DNA of 64,000 bases, from the NCBI RefSeq assembly GCF_009914755.1, contig NC_060936.1, one strand, 5' to 3'. Below are positions 29,811-53,547 of this stretch, piece after piece. A program made the position numbers and the translations under genes. A model generated the notes under the pieces. It worked only from the letters and a program-made list of their open reading frames with translations. It had not been told where the DNA came from and searched no databases. Numbering within the stretch: position 1 is the stretch's first letter; each line of letters opens with the position of its first letter. The DNA is from the human T2T-CHM13v2.0 reference genome, Homo sapiens.

Positions 29811-32800
29811 ATATTTGTAGTCATTCATTAAATCAAAGATTTTTTTAAAATAGTAATTAGCAAAATCATGATAAAGTTATTACACATACAATTCTGCTAA
29901 TTAAAGGTAGCAAGAAATAAACTTGTTTTGCTTCCATCAAGTACACCACAATTCTAAAATTCCCCTCTATTAGAGATACAAAAATAAAATGGAATGTGTG
30001 TGGCAGTGGTGCTTCGGCACTGTAAGCAACAAGTAAATATATTATAACTTTGAAGGTTCTATGGAAAGTAAGTTTTATTAGAATGTACAGCTTTTACATA
30101 TAAGAATGGTCATCCTCTCTTGATTCTATTAAAAAAAAAAAATACAATTCCCTTTAAAGATCACTGTTCCCCAGGGCTCTCTCATTGACCTCCTCCTCTT
30201 CTGACTCAGCATTCTCCCAGGTATATAACAATGCAATGGTTTTAGCTATCACTGACATGCTGATGACTCCCAAATCCATCTATCTAGCCAATAACTCACT
30301 CCAGAATTCTTCTGGATCTTTAACAACATATATCTCTACCTGCATCCCACAGGCATCTCAAATACAACAAATGCAAGACTCATTTTCCAAACCTCCTTTT
30401 CTCATCAACGCCCACCTTTCACCTAAACTAGAAACCTAAAAATTTGGCTAAACTACTCACTACTCTCCCTCTCACTCATTTCTAATAAAACATTAAGCAT
30501 AAACATTTCTCCTTTCCATCTTCTCATCTCCATCCTCATTGCAGCTGCTCGTGTTCGGATACTCAGTATCTCTTGTCCACACTCTGCAATAACATTAGAA
30601 ACAGTGCTCCTATATCCAGTCTTCCCTCTTCCTAATTAATCTTCCACAGAGCTGCCAGAGGAATCTTTCTAAAATAGATTCTTCAATATCCTTCAGCAAA
30701 CTTTATCATCAATATGGCATACAAGGTTCTGCATAACCATTCCCCTAACAACCTATGCAGTCTGATCTCCAGACACTCCCTCACCATACTTCAACAATAC
30801 TAAAATACCTGCGTTTCCCTGAGCACGCCATCATACTTCAAATTTCTGTGCCTTTGCGTATACTGCTTTTTCCCTCCAGGAGCACCCTCATTAGCTTGTC
30901 AAGTTCCTATACTCACTGTAATACACAGCATATTGGATTTTTTTCATCCATATTTCCATAATGGCCACAGGTGGTACTTTAAACATACTATATTTTTCTA
31001 TATTGTATATTTATTCACTGAAATATGAATGAACATGGCAGTGCAAAAATTGGCCAAAAAAAAGAAGATCTTTAATAGCTTACAGATTATAAAATCTTCT
31101 AAGGGAGAAAATGAGCTAAGCAATAAGTACTCTGAGCACGTAAAAACTAAAAATAAATAAATAAAAAAACTGCTCCTTGAATGCTGATGCCAAAAAATGT
31201 ACATCCTCATTTATTATTTGTGCACATTATGTGGCAGAATCAAGGCTCACTGTTTATTGGGGATACTGATATGTAGACAAATATTACCATACAATGCTAT
31301 ATAATACAATTATATATAAAGAATTACAGGAACACAGGAGAAGTATCCAACTCCACCTGTGGCAGCAGTTAATACTTTACAAAAATACATATACACATAC
31401 ATATTATATATGTGTCTCATCTCCATCCTCATTGCAGCTGCATAGTGTATGTGTGTGTGAGAGAGAGAGAGACACAGTCACTGGAATTCAGTACGAAAGA
31501 ATAAATAGGAGTTTACCTGGCAGAGAGAAAAGCATTCTAAGCAAATGGAGGAGCATAAACAAAGGTGCAGGAAACACTATGAATAGTCATGTTACATTTA
31601 GGAAACAGAAGGCTTCTAGGTGTGTTCTGATCACAGAGCCAGAATGAAGGGCAGGGGCACAACAGGTGATAAATGCAATAATCTCCTATGAAACTCCTGA
31701 AATGAGCAAACGGTAGTATTGAGGATGTGCCTCTGGACATCAGAATACAGTAATGCCATTAGGCTCCAGAGATATGGTACTCAACATTGTCTTCTGAATG
31801 AATGAATGCTCCCAGTCAGGATGTTAGTCTAGCTGCTGTTATTCTCTTTTTCTTCAAAACCATCTGTTGGCATTCTTAGATCTCCTACCCACTGTTGTAC
31901 AACACTAGTAGATATGCCTTTAGTGCAACAGTACATGTACCCATATAATGTTTAGCCTGTCATTTCTCTTTTGTGTCTCAACTTCTGCTAATAACTAGAA
32001 AGCAAATGAAAAAGTGTTCCTCGGAGAAGCTACATCCCTATTACACGATTTAATCTTCACAACTGTGGCTTTTTGACTATTGGCTCCACTTTCAGGTTTG
32101 GGCTCCAGATACCTAAGTGTGCCAGAAAGCTAATGATCACACTGAGGTATGCCATACCTTCTTACAACTTCCAAAAATTACCAGATTAATACCCTGAAAT
32201 AAATGATTCATTCCTAATGAGAAATTTCAGAAATCAGTAACATACATTTCATTATAGAAATATTCCACATAAGTGAATTTTCCATGTGATTAAGATTTCC
32301 TTGTTTAAATAAAACTTAAATTTGGGGACATTTCTAATAAAAATAAATCTTTCTAAAATACATATAATTCCGCACCTTCTCAAATAGATGATATTAAACC
32401 TTTGTCTAATACCTCCAAGACATAAATATTTATCACTGAAAAGATGTCTTCTACCCTATTAATTCTGGCAAGCCTCTTTAATTCTTATATCCACATTTTA
32501 TAGTTTGCCTGCTCTGTATTTCAACAGTCATTACTAAAAATTCTTAGCATACTAGCTCTGGGAATGCTAACTTGCAATAAATGGGATGGGTAGATTAAAA
32601 AAAAAAGTTTATTAAAACCCATCATTCATTTAAAATAAAAGTATAATGAGTTTAGAATGAGTGCCTCAGGGATGTCCCATGAACAGATCGCATGACCTTT
32701 AGTTCATGGACTTTGAAAACCAATTTGATATAAGAGACTCCTCTATTTTTTTCTAAATGATGTCCAAGGGGATCGAGGTTGCTAGATAGATAAATTCCAG

Positions 32801-33052
32801 AGAAAGGCTGTTAGCTAACAATAACACACTAAAACTAGCCAGCTACATTTATTTCCCTTAGTCATTTCAAATTTGTCACCAACTTCCAAAAAACACAATT
32901 TACTTAAGATTTAAAACAATATATTCAATACTTCCAGAGTTTGGTTATCTGTAATCCTTTCTCATATCCACTGCAACTAAGAACTTACCTTAACTGGAAC
33001 TTAAGGTACTCCTGTTGTACCAAGTATCCTTTTAGTTAAAAGAAAAAGCCCT

Positions 33053-33498
<446 letters not shown>

Positions 33499-34289
33499 CT
33501 AACCAGATTTTCAAGAATCTTTTATGCCTCCAGCTTTGCTTGCACTGCTTCAGCCAGTTTAACTGGTATCATCCTACATGCACCCATTTTCTCCACCACA
33601 GTTAAAATCTCTGGTTTAACTGTCCTCCTATAAAGTTTTTCCTGAGTTCCTCTTATGCTGAATTAGCCACTGCACTTTTTGCAAATAATACCTATCATAG
33701 AAACCTCCTGGGGTAGAGATTGTACCTTATTCACCTATTATCTCCCTCACCTGCCAAAATATCTGCCACATAAAAGGTACTCCATTAATGTGTCAAATAA
33801 CTAAATGTTGTTAAGAATCCTTTCTTATATACATAATTACCTCATAGAAAAAAGTAATTTTTGGTCTTTCTGGTGCAAAAGGTTGCATTATTTTATAAGA
33901 TTTATAAAATATTTTTTAAAAGCTATGTTTCCTTTGTTTTTGGAATACCATAGTGATTTTCAAAGAAAACACATTATCAGGATCATCTGAGAAATTCTTT
34001 TCAGCCTGAAAATGGGCAGCGCTTCCCCTAACTTGCTCCCCTCCTCAGCCTTTGTTACGTGCAGCCTCAGATACTGGGAAATACTGAGAAATATTTTCGG
34101 ACTGATCCACTGTTACTTATGAGAGTATGTCATTCTGTCACCTTCCTCAAGTCTAGGGGTGTTAAAACAAAAATTGAGACAGTCTGAGATTCAAGTTCTA
34201 ACGCTGTATATTTTCCTGAATAGGGACAATAACTGTTTATATGCAAAGTCTTTTTCCTTTTTTTTTTTTGGCGGTGGTGGGGCAGGGAC

Positions 34290-34604
34290 GGGACAGAGTC
34301 TCACTCTGTTGCCCAGGCTGGAGTGCACAGGCATGATCTCGGCTCACTACAACCCCTGCCTCCCATGTTCAAGCGATTCTTGTGCCTCAGCCTTCCCTGT
34401 AGCTAGAATTACAGGCACATGCCACCACACCCAGCTAGTTTTTGTATTTTTAGTAGAGACAGGGTTTCACCATGTTGGCCAGGCTGGTCTCAAACTCCTG
34501 ACCTCAGTGGTCAGGCTGGTCTCAAACTCCTGACCTCAAGTGATCTGCCCACCTCAGCCTCCCAAAGTGCTAGGATTACAGGCGTGAGCCACAGTGCCCA
34601 GCCT
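34290..34604 (-). mobile_element. Alu (AluS) with internal ~32-bp duplication
   Basis: Reverse Alu; CAGGCTGGTCTCAAACTCCTGACCTCA occurs twice. Confidence 0.88.
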
Positions 34605-35003
34605 CAAAGTCCTTTTTCTAAGTAAGAGCAAAGTATTTTATACTAAAGCATTTTAATACATCCATTAATGAAACATTAACAAAATAATAAAAATATAACT
34701 TACCAATGTTGGAATAATATTCACTTAATATTTTGATTTCATGGCAAAATTGATACAAAATATTAACTTAAATTTCTGTATTTATTTACAAATTCACAAA
34801 AAGACAGCTGCAAACAGGAAGAGAAACCACGCAGACTTCCCAAGAGCCTCTTTTCCTTATTGAAACTTCCTTTAAGCATGCATAATTAAAGCAATCCATA
34901 TTCCCTTGTAGCATAAAAAGTTAAGCAACACCGAGGCAAGGAAAAACCAGCTATTTTGAGCAACCCAAAACCAAGCTGCTAAAACAAAATATACAGGACC
35001 CAC

Positions 35004-35129
35004 AGTAACACTGGAGTCATTAAGAAGTTCCTGTCCTCTTGTTTCATTTTCATCGTGCACTTTCTGGTAATGCTCCAATAAATCAATAGCAGTTATACAT
35101 CTTTTCATACATAAGGGGCAGATGAAACC
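35004..35129 (-). CDS. EEA1: Putative alternative (cassette) EEA1 exon encoding a duplicated C2H2 zinc finger GFICPLCMKRCITAIDLLEHYQKVHDENETRGQELLNDSSVT
   Basis: tatttcacag|GGTTTC acceptor at the same codon position as exon 3; ACT|gtgggt donor; 126 nt, phase 0/0, no stop; C-x2-C-x12-H-x4-H; 15 of the first 26 aa identical to the exon 3 finger. Confidence 0.7.
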
Positions 35130-35328
35130 CTGTGAAATAACAACTTTTAGAAAAATATACAGAAAAATATTTTTATAAAACAAGACAATGCAAATAGAAA
35201 TAACAAGAAAATAACTAGTGTATCTCTTCTGGTATACGTAAGGAAAATTTTCAAGTGGTAACTGTACAAAAGGTGAAAATCTATCCAAAGTAGGACTTCT
35301 AAAATTAGTTCCCATCCTTATGCTATAA

Positions 35329-35943
<615 letters not shown>

Positions 35944-36180
35944 GAGATCAAGAAATTACTGGCAAGTATAACAAATACTTTTATGTCATATAATGTGTTC
36001 AACAAAGAAGTTCTCTTTGAAAGTAATTTAATGAAAGTAATTTTTAGTCTTTACTATATTCCACTAGGTTGAGATCCCATTCTTCCCCACACCCATAATT
36101 CCCAGCAGATGATTCTTCCTTGTAATTTTCTGAGCCAAATAAAACCATCTTCAAACAGTATTTTAAATTACATATACCTA

Positions 36181-36560
<380 letters not shown>

Positions 36561-37480
36561 GAATAATAGGATGAGAGACTAGAATTGAAAGCATCAGGGA
36601 GAAAGTAAATAAAATGAAGACAGCAATAAGCATGAAATGTTATAACATCATGAGTGTCAGTGTCAAAAATAGATGTGGACTTGGGTCTTGGGTCTCAACC
36701 AATGCCTGATTATATGACCTTAAGGAAATCACTTTGCTTTGCTTAAATGTCCTTATCTATAAAATGGGGCTAATACTAGCACCTATTCTTCTAGAGTTTT
36801 TGTGTATATAAAATACTAAATACAGTGCTTGAGATATTGTAAGTGCTCAACGAATATGAATTGTCATTAGATGTACGCTTAAAGATGAAAGGGAAAGACT
36901 GAGAGACTAGATGAAAAGATAGCAATTAAAAACCTAGATTACTCAGCAAGGCCAAGGAAATGAAGTAATGAGAATATGAAGAAGAAAGTTTATGAAAGGA
37001 TAGACAATTATAGTAAAGAATGGGGAGATATGACTTTAATATTTCAGGTGAAACTATTGTGCCTGATGATACAGTAGAAGGTACTGCCATGGAATTAAGT
37101 AGCAAGAAAAGAGATACGAAAGATCATTGACATTGACAACATTAAGGAACTGGGAGGTTAAAATGTTCCTTGAGTTATCAAAGTCACTTAGAATAGCAAG
37201 GAGAGAGAGGAAGACTGAAAACAGATGCCAGATGGGAAGCAAGACAGGGTAGCAATTAAGAGCTAGGCTTGGGCTTGAATCCTGGATTCATATCACTCTT
37301 AGTAGCTATGAGACCTTCAATTGCCTCATCTGTTAAGTGGAATAACAATAACACCTACTTCATATGAATCTCATGACAATTAAATAAGATAATACATGCA
37401 ATGCATTTATCATTGTACCTGGTACAAAGAAAACATTCAGTAAATGTTAGCTATCATTACTTTAATTATTCCTTTTGTTA

Positions 37481-38387
<907 letters not shown>

Positions 38388-38764
38388 TAACTGTGGTTAA
38401 CAGTGAAATATTGTATATCACAAAATAGCTAAAAGACAGCCTTTTGAATGCTCTCACCACAAAGAAATGATACATGAATAAGGTGATGGATACACTACAC
38501 TGATCGGATTATTATACAACATACATATGTATTGAACATCAAAATGTAACCCACAAATAGGTGTAAATAAAATGTGTCAATTTAAAAAGTAAACAAATTT
38601 TTTTAAGTAATATACGATTTTTTAAAAATCACATGGGCATGTGATTACTATGTTCTAGCTGTTGTGGTATGGTGCTAAGAATACAATGATAAATAAGACA
38701 AGGTCTTCACCCTCAAGAAGCTTACAGCCTCTCTGAAAAAGTTACCCAAAAAAATGACATTTTA

Positions 38765-41840
<3,076 letters not shown>

Positions 41841-42169
41841 TTAAAAATTAAATTTCCATACAGCTACCTTTGGAAAAAACAAAAACAAAAAACAAAAAAG
41901 GTGGGGGAACGGACTGAAGATATATCTGGGGGCTAAAATGAATAGGACTTATCATGTACTGAATATGGTGGATGAGGAAAAGGAAGAATCAAGTTTACTC
42001 TGAAATCCTGAGCTTCAATATCTGAGATTTTCTACAATTTTCAGCTTTCTGAGACAGCTAAAAGAATAGCAAGTTGAATGTTGGGGTAGGAAAGACTGGA
42101 GGGCAAGAATTTAGCTTAAACAATAAATTTAGGACAAATATTAAATTTAAAATGCATATTAAAGTCCTA

Positions 42170-43322
42170 AGCTTCCACCTTAAGAATCTAGAAAAAAGAT
42201 GAGCAAACTAAATCCAAAGTAAGTAGATGGAGGAAATTAAATATAAAAGCAGAAACCAATAAAAGAGGAAAGCAAAACACAGAGAAAATTAACAAAGTCA
42301 AAAGTTGGCTACCTTAAAAATTAATAAATGGATAAACTAATAGGAATAATTAGGAAAGAAAGAAAAGGATAAAATATTTTATCTCTTACCAAAATCATGG
42401 GATATCACTACAGATGCTATAGACATTTATGCCAATAAATTCAACACATTAGATGAAACAACAGATTCCTTAAAAACACAATTCACCAAAACTGACTCAA
42501 AAAGAAACAGAGAATCTGAGTAATAATCAATACACTTCCCAAAAAGAAAGCTCCAAGCCCAGATGGTTTTACTAGTGAATTCTAGCAAACATTCAAGGTA
42601 TACCTCCCTAATTTATGAGGCCAGGAAAACCCAGATACCAAAACCTGATACAAACATTTCAAAAAAGAAAATTACAGACTGATATCCCTCATGACCAAAT
42701 GAAAAGGTCCCCCAAAAATACATAAACAAATGAAATCTAGCAGTATACAGGCTGAGCACCCATTATCTGAAATGCTTGAGACACTTTTGGATTCTGGATT
42801 TTTTTTTTTTTTTTGTATTTTGGAATATTTACATGATACTTACCAGTTGGACATCCTAATCCAAAAAAATCCAAAATCTGAAATGAACATCATTTCGGCA
42901 CTCAAGTTTGGAATTTTGCAGCATTTCGGATTTTGAATTTTCAGATTAGGGATGCTCCACCTGTATTAAAATAGTAACAACACAGCAAGACCAAGTGGAG
43001 CTTATCCTAGAAACAAGAGTAGATCAACATTCAAAAATCAATGTAAATCTTCACAGTAACGGAAAGAGAAAATCATATTATCATCTCAATAGATGTGGGA
43101 AAAGCATTTGGCAATATTCAAAATTCATTCAAAGGGAAGGGGGAGGGGAAAAGAAGGGAGAGAGGGAGGGAGGGAAGGGGAAAAGCTCTCAGAAAACTAG
43201 AAAGCATCCTTAAGCTGATCAGAAAAAAACCCATGGCTACCATCATTCTCAGTGGTAAAAACCTTAAATGCTATTCCCTAAGTTCACAAAGTAAAATACT
43301 TACTCTCCCCAATTCTATTTAA
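42170..43322 (+). mobile_element. Old L1M ORF2 fragment
   Basis: A-rich; CCAGATGGTTTTACTAGTGAATTCTA and ATCATCTCAATAGATG motifs typical of L1 ORF2. Confidence 0.7.
42748..42963. mobile_element. Tigger4a/MER46-like MITE inserted in L1
   Basis: TA-flanked termini CAGGCTGAGCACCC...GGGATGCTCCACCTG. Confidence 0.75.
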
Positions 43323-43325
43323 TAT

Positions 43326-43832
43326 TTGACCCAAATTAAGGCCCAATATTGTGTGCTGCCTTGACATCTGGTGAAAGTGGGAGGGCCTCAAATGGCCTAA
43401 CCAGAAGTTTGCCTCCCCATTCTCCTCCCACAGATAAGGCTGCCTACTCAAACAGCCCTTCTGATCACAGGGACCAGGCACAGTCCCTGCTTATCCCTAC
43501 GTAGTGGGTTTCCCATGTCCTGGTCCCCTGCCAGCCCACAGACTTATCCAAACAATCCAATCATATCCTTCTTTAGGAACCAGAAGGCACCCCAGACTCT
43601 TGATACTACCAAGCCTGCCTCCTACAGCCCCTGGTTGTTCATTTTGTTCCCAAATGTAATCTACATGTAGCCATGCATGGCATGTAGTGTCCTACTCCCC
43701 TAGGCTGTAAACATAAAACAAACTGCTGTTGATCTCAACTGTCCAGTGTCACGTGTTACATGTTCAGCCATTCCCATAACCTGGGGCAAAATCCCTCCTT
43801 CACTACACAGTAAATAGGAGGCAATGAAAACA
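43326..43832 (+). mobile_element. Solo LTR (possibly LTR47-like, ERVL)
   Basis: GC-richer ~500-bp block with LTR-like sequence (GTGCTGCCTTGACATCTGGTGAAA); family recalled from memory. Confidence 0.5.
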
Positions 43833-43904
43833 CTGGCAAATGCAAATGACTTGCACCCAGTATAAAGGAGTCTCACAATTCAATAATAAAAAGACAATCC
43901 AATG

Positions 43905-46003
<2,099 letters not shown>

Positions 46004-46005
46004 TC

Positions 46006-47225
46006 TTTTTTTTTTTTTCCACTTTTATTTTAGATTCAGAGGGTGTATGTGCAGGTTTGTTACCTGGGTATATTGCATGATGCTGAGCTTTGGGGTACAA
46101 ATGATCTTGTCACCCAGGTACTAAGTATAGTACCCAACAGTCGGATTTTCAACCACTGCCCACCCCCTTCCCTTCTCATTCTAGTAGTCTCCAGTTTCTG
46201 TTGTTGCCATCTTTATGTCCATGAGTACCCAATGTTTAGCTCCCATTTATAAGTGAGAACAAGCAGTATCTGGTTTTCTGTTCCTGTGTTAATTTGCTTG
46301 GGATAATAGCCTCTAGCTGCATCAGTATTGCTACAAAGAATATGATTTTGTTATTTTTATGCCTGTGTGGTATTCTGTGGTATATATGTACCATTTCTTT
46401 TTTTTATCCAATCCACCATTGATGGGCACATAGTCCGATTCCATTTATTTGCTATTGTGAATAGTGCTGTAATGAACATACAAATGCGCATGTCTTTTTG
46501 GTAGAACAGTTTGTTTTGTTCAGATATATACTCAGTAATGGATTACTGGGTTGAATGGTAGTCCTGTTTTAAGTTCTTTAAATCTCGAAACTGCTTTCCA
46601 CAGTGGCTGAACTAATTTACATTCCCACCAACAATGTATAAGCATTCTCTTTTCTCTGCAGCCTCACCAACATTTGTTTTTTAATATTTTAATAACAGCC
46701 ATTCTAACTGGTGTGAGATGGTATCTCATTGCGGTTTTGATTTGCATTTCTCTGATGATTAGAGATATGGACCATTTTGTCACGTTTCTTGGCCATTTGT
46801 ATGTCTTCTGAGAAGTGTCTGTTCGTGTCTTTTGACCATTTTTTAATGGGGCTTTTTGCTTGTTCAATTGTTAAAGTTTCTTACAGATTCTGGATATTAG
46901 ACCTTTGATATCTGCAAACTTGGCTGCACAGTTTGCAAATATTTTCTCCCATTCTGCAGGCTATCTCTTAACTCTGTCGATAGTTTCTTTCACTGTGCAG
47001 AGGCTCTTTAATTAGTCCGGCTTGTCAATTTTTGATTTTGTTGCAATTGCTTTTGAGGACTTAGTTATAAATTCTCTCCCGACACTAATGTCCAGAATGA
47101 TGTTTCCTAGGTTTTCTTCTAAAATTCTTATAGTTTAAGGTCTTACATTTAAATCTTTAATCTATTTTGAGCTAAATTTTTTATATGGTGAAAGGTAGGG
47201 AATCCAGTTTCATTTTTCTGCATAA
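46006..47225 (-). mobile_element. 5'-truncated L1 (older L1PA/L1PB type), 3' end
   Basis: Poly-T then ACTTTTATTTTAGATTCAG...; ORF2 C-terminal remnant ([19 protein letters not shown]). Confidence 0.85.
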
Positions 47226-47287
47226 GCCACATGATTTTCTTAATAATATTTTCTTTTCTCTATCTTACTTTATCGTAAGAATACAGT

Positions 47288-48651
<1,364 letters not shown>

Positions 48652-49267
48652 AAGAATACTGTATATAATATATATATAACATGCAAAATATGTGTGAATC
48701 AACTGTTTATATTATAGGTAAGGCTTCTGGTCAACAATAGGCTATTAGTAGTTAAATTTTTGGGGAGTCAAAAGTTATACATGAATTTCAGCTGCACAGG
48801 AGGTTGGCACTCAAATTGTTCAAGGGTCAACTACACGCTATAAAATATAAAATATTATATAAATAGAACCAAAGTTAGCTTTCACCCTGAATATTTCTTT
48901 AATGTCCTGGAGACCATGATATTTCCAATTTAACTTAGAAGCTGTTAAAGGCACAATGTTAAAACCTACAGCTTGTCCAAAGTAGGAAGCCAAAGTCAAT
49001 GTAAAGGTAAAAAGGAAACAAACCTCAGAGAGACAGAGACAGAGACCAACCAAGACCTTGTCTGTACCTTAGTATTGGTGGCATATGGAAAAAACAATTT
49101 CCCCTGAGAATCCATAACCACTAATAGCCCTCAATTAGATTAGCAGTCAGAATGTATGCTATTGTATAATCTGAAGAATTTCAAGCTCAGAACTTAATTT
49201 ACGGCAGTCCCCAGTTAACAGCACCTCTCTAATGTTCCCCAGTTAACGGCACCTCTCTAATGTTCCC

Positions 49268-49447
49268 ATCCACTAAGTGGAAGTGGATCATGACAAAGTT
49301 TTTCATCCTTGTTGTCTCTGAGTAGGCTGAAAAGCAAGAGAAAGAAGTGGAATGGGTCTTGCTGTCTCAGAGGTGGCAGAGGTGGAAGAAAATTCACATA
49401 TAAGTGGACCTGCGCAGTTCAAACCTGTGTTGTTCAAGTGTCGGCTG
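49268..49447 (-). mobile_element. Second Tigger2a fragment (5' end), inverted relative to the first
   Basis: Reverse complement resembles 45449-45620 (GTGGGTCCACTT...CCACCTCTGC..CTGAGACAGCAAGACC). Confidence 0.75.
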
Positions 49448-49964
49448 TAATAACATATATGTAATACATAATGCTGAGCAAATCCTCGCTGCAAGAACAT
49501 CGACATAGCCCACAAAGAGTTTCCACTAGAAAAGTTCCAAGGAACATAAATTCACAATCGAAAAAAATTCACAAAATACACAAGAGAAAAAGCCACAAGC
49601 CATTACGAGTGACATCCAACAGAAAGAACTGGCAACAGAGTCAAACCTATAAAGTTTCAAATACTATAATGCTATAAACATTACCAGACAGAAAATATAG
49701 AATAATCATATTTGAATGTTTTAATAAATAAAAGGGAAGCTTGAAAATTAAAGCAAAGAACAAGGAACTAAGAAAAAGAAAGATCAAATTTGAAAAAAAA
49801 AAAAAACAATCAGAACTAGCTGGACATGGTGGCACATGCCTATAATCTCAGCTACTCAAGAGGCTGAGGTGGGAGGAATGCTTGAGCCCAGAAGTTCAAG
49901 GCTGCAGTAAAAGCTATGATTGCACCACTGCACTCCAGTCTGGGTGACAGAGCAAGATCCTGTG

Positions 49965-50317
49965 GAAAAAAAGAAGAGGCGAGGAGAGGGGAGGGGAGGG
50001 GAGGGGAGGGGTGGAGAGAGGAGAAGGGAAGAGAAAGGAACGGCCAGGAGGGGACTGGAGGGGAGAGGAGGGGAAAGGAGGGGAGGAGAGGGGAGGGGAG
50101 GGGAAGGGAAGAGAAAGGAAGGGATGGGAGGGGAGGGAGAGGAGGGGAGGGAAGGGGAAGGGAGGGGAGAGAAGGGAGGGGAGGGGAGAGAAGGGAAGGG
50201 AGGGGAGGAAAGGGAAAGAGAGAGGAGGGGAGGGGGAAGGGGGAAGGGGAGAAGGGGGAAAGGGAGGAAGAAAGGAAGGAAGGAAAGAAGGAAGGAAGGA
50301 AAAAAGAAAAAGAAAAG
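49965..50317 (+). repeat. Long polypurine (GGGGA/GGAA/GA-rich) low-complexity tract grown from an Alu tail
   Basis: ~350 nt almost only G/A between an Alu right arm (49818-49965) and an AluY (50318-50640). Confidence 0.92.

Positions 50318-53547
<3,230 letters not shown>

Noticed and set aside
35002-35129. Duplicate exon as a mutually exclusive alternative to exon 3
   Set aside because: No GT follows a 128-nt phase-2 end; the best donor is phase 0, so replacing exon 3 gives an immediate stop in exon 4
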